This document shows positions 63,311 through 64,000 of a stretch of 64,000 bases of DNA, piece by piece. This DNA is from Fonticula alba ATCC 38817. Taxonomy: Eukaryota > Protista > Nucleariida. A model generated the notes under the pieces. The model searched no databases. It was not told the origin of the DNA and worked only from the letters and a program-made list of their open reading frames with translations. The stretch lies in NCBI GenBank assembly GCA_000388065.2, contig KB932206.1. The stretch is one strand, 5' to 3'. Each line of letters opens with the position of its first letter. Positions within the stretch are counted from its first letter, which is position 1. A program made the position numbers and the translations under genes.

Positions 63311-64000
63311 GGGCCACTGTCGGCCGGCCCGGCGAGGAATGCATTTTTCCCTTCGCCCATGAGGAACACATGACGAGACGCTGACCCATCGGCGCAGGGG
63401 GCCCGCCAGCATGCCTCATCTGCCGCGCTGGCCCCCCCCCCCCCCCGGCTCCCCCGCCCGCGACGGTCCCTTTCAGAGGAGCGGCAGAAGGCCGAGAAAA
63501 GTGCCTTTCGTGCCATAAATGAAACACCCCCTTGACTCCCGGGTCGGAACATTAACTCGACCGGGACGGTGTGCCATTCCGCCTGCTACTCGCCGCGAGG
63601 CCCGGCCCCCGCGGCCAGGCCCCCGTCCCAACACCTTCCACCAACTCCTTCTCCGACAAGGGGGAGCCGAACGGGGCTGGCCCGAGGACCTTGCTTTCCC
63701 TTGGGGGGGGGGGCGGGGGGGCGGGGGGGCGCGGCACACACGCACACGCGCAGGGAGAAAGGTGGTCTCCGGCCAATGCTCCTTCGAGAGGGGGCGACCA
63801 GTCCCTCGAGGTCAGGCTGGCATTTCTGCGCGCGGGACGGGTCTCCCAGGCCCAGGCGCCGAGCCCCCCCCCCCCCCCACACACACACACACACGCGTGG
63901 CCCCTCTCACGGTGGTGCGTGTCATTCCGGCAGGGAGTATTTGGCGGAATAACGCCCCATGGCAGCGGGCGCCCAGTCCGGCGGGCCAAGCCTGGGCGTC

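Overview
This is GC-rich, intron-rich eukaryotic DNA with nine N-gaps, most flanked by C/G homopolymers. Gene content and style suggest a holomycotan amoeba such as Fonticula (inference, not verified). Protein genes in order are: a 5'-truncated hypothetical membrane protein, phosphatidylserine decarboxylase, PPWD1 (WD40-cyclophilin), a bacterial-type HDAH/acetylpolyamine deacetylase, PSMG2/PAC2, a ZZ + EF-hand protein, an RMP1/NEPRO-like protein head-to-head with the MTR4 helicase, a ~3,000-aa FG-GAP/furin-repeat receptor TKL kinase, and a ~2,900-aa nucleotidyltransferase-fold + ankyrin protein split across two ORFs. There are also six intact tRNA genes, one degenerate tRNA-Pro and many microsatellites. 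The best lead is the uncharacterised NTase-ankyrin giant. Others are the intronised bacterial-like deacetylase, a +4C-dominated 5' splice-site consensus, and a PPWD1 exon block sitting inside the PSD gene, which is most likely a misassembly at poly-C. Family assignments come from motif recognition, not database searches.
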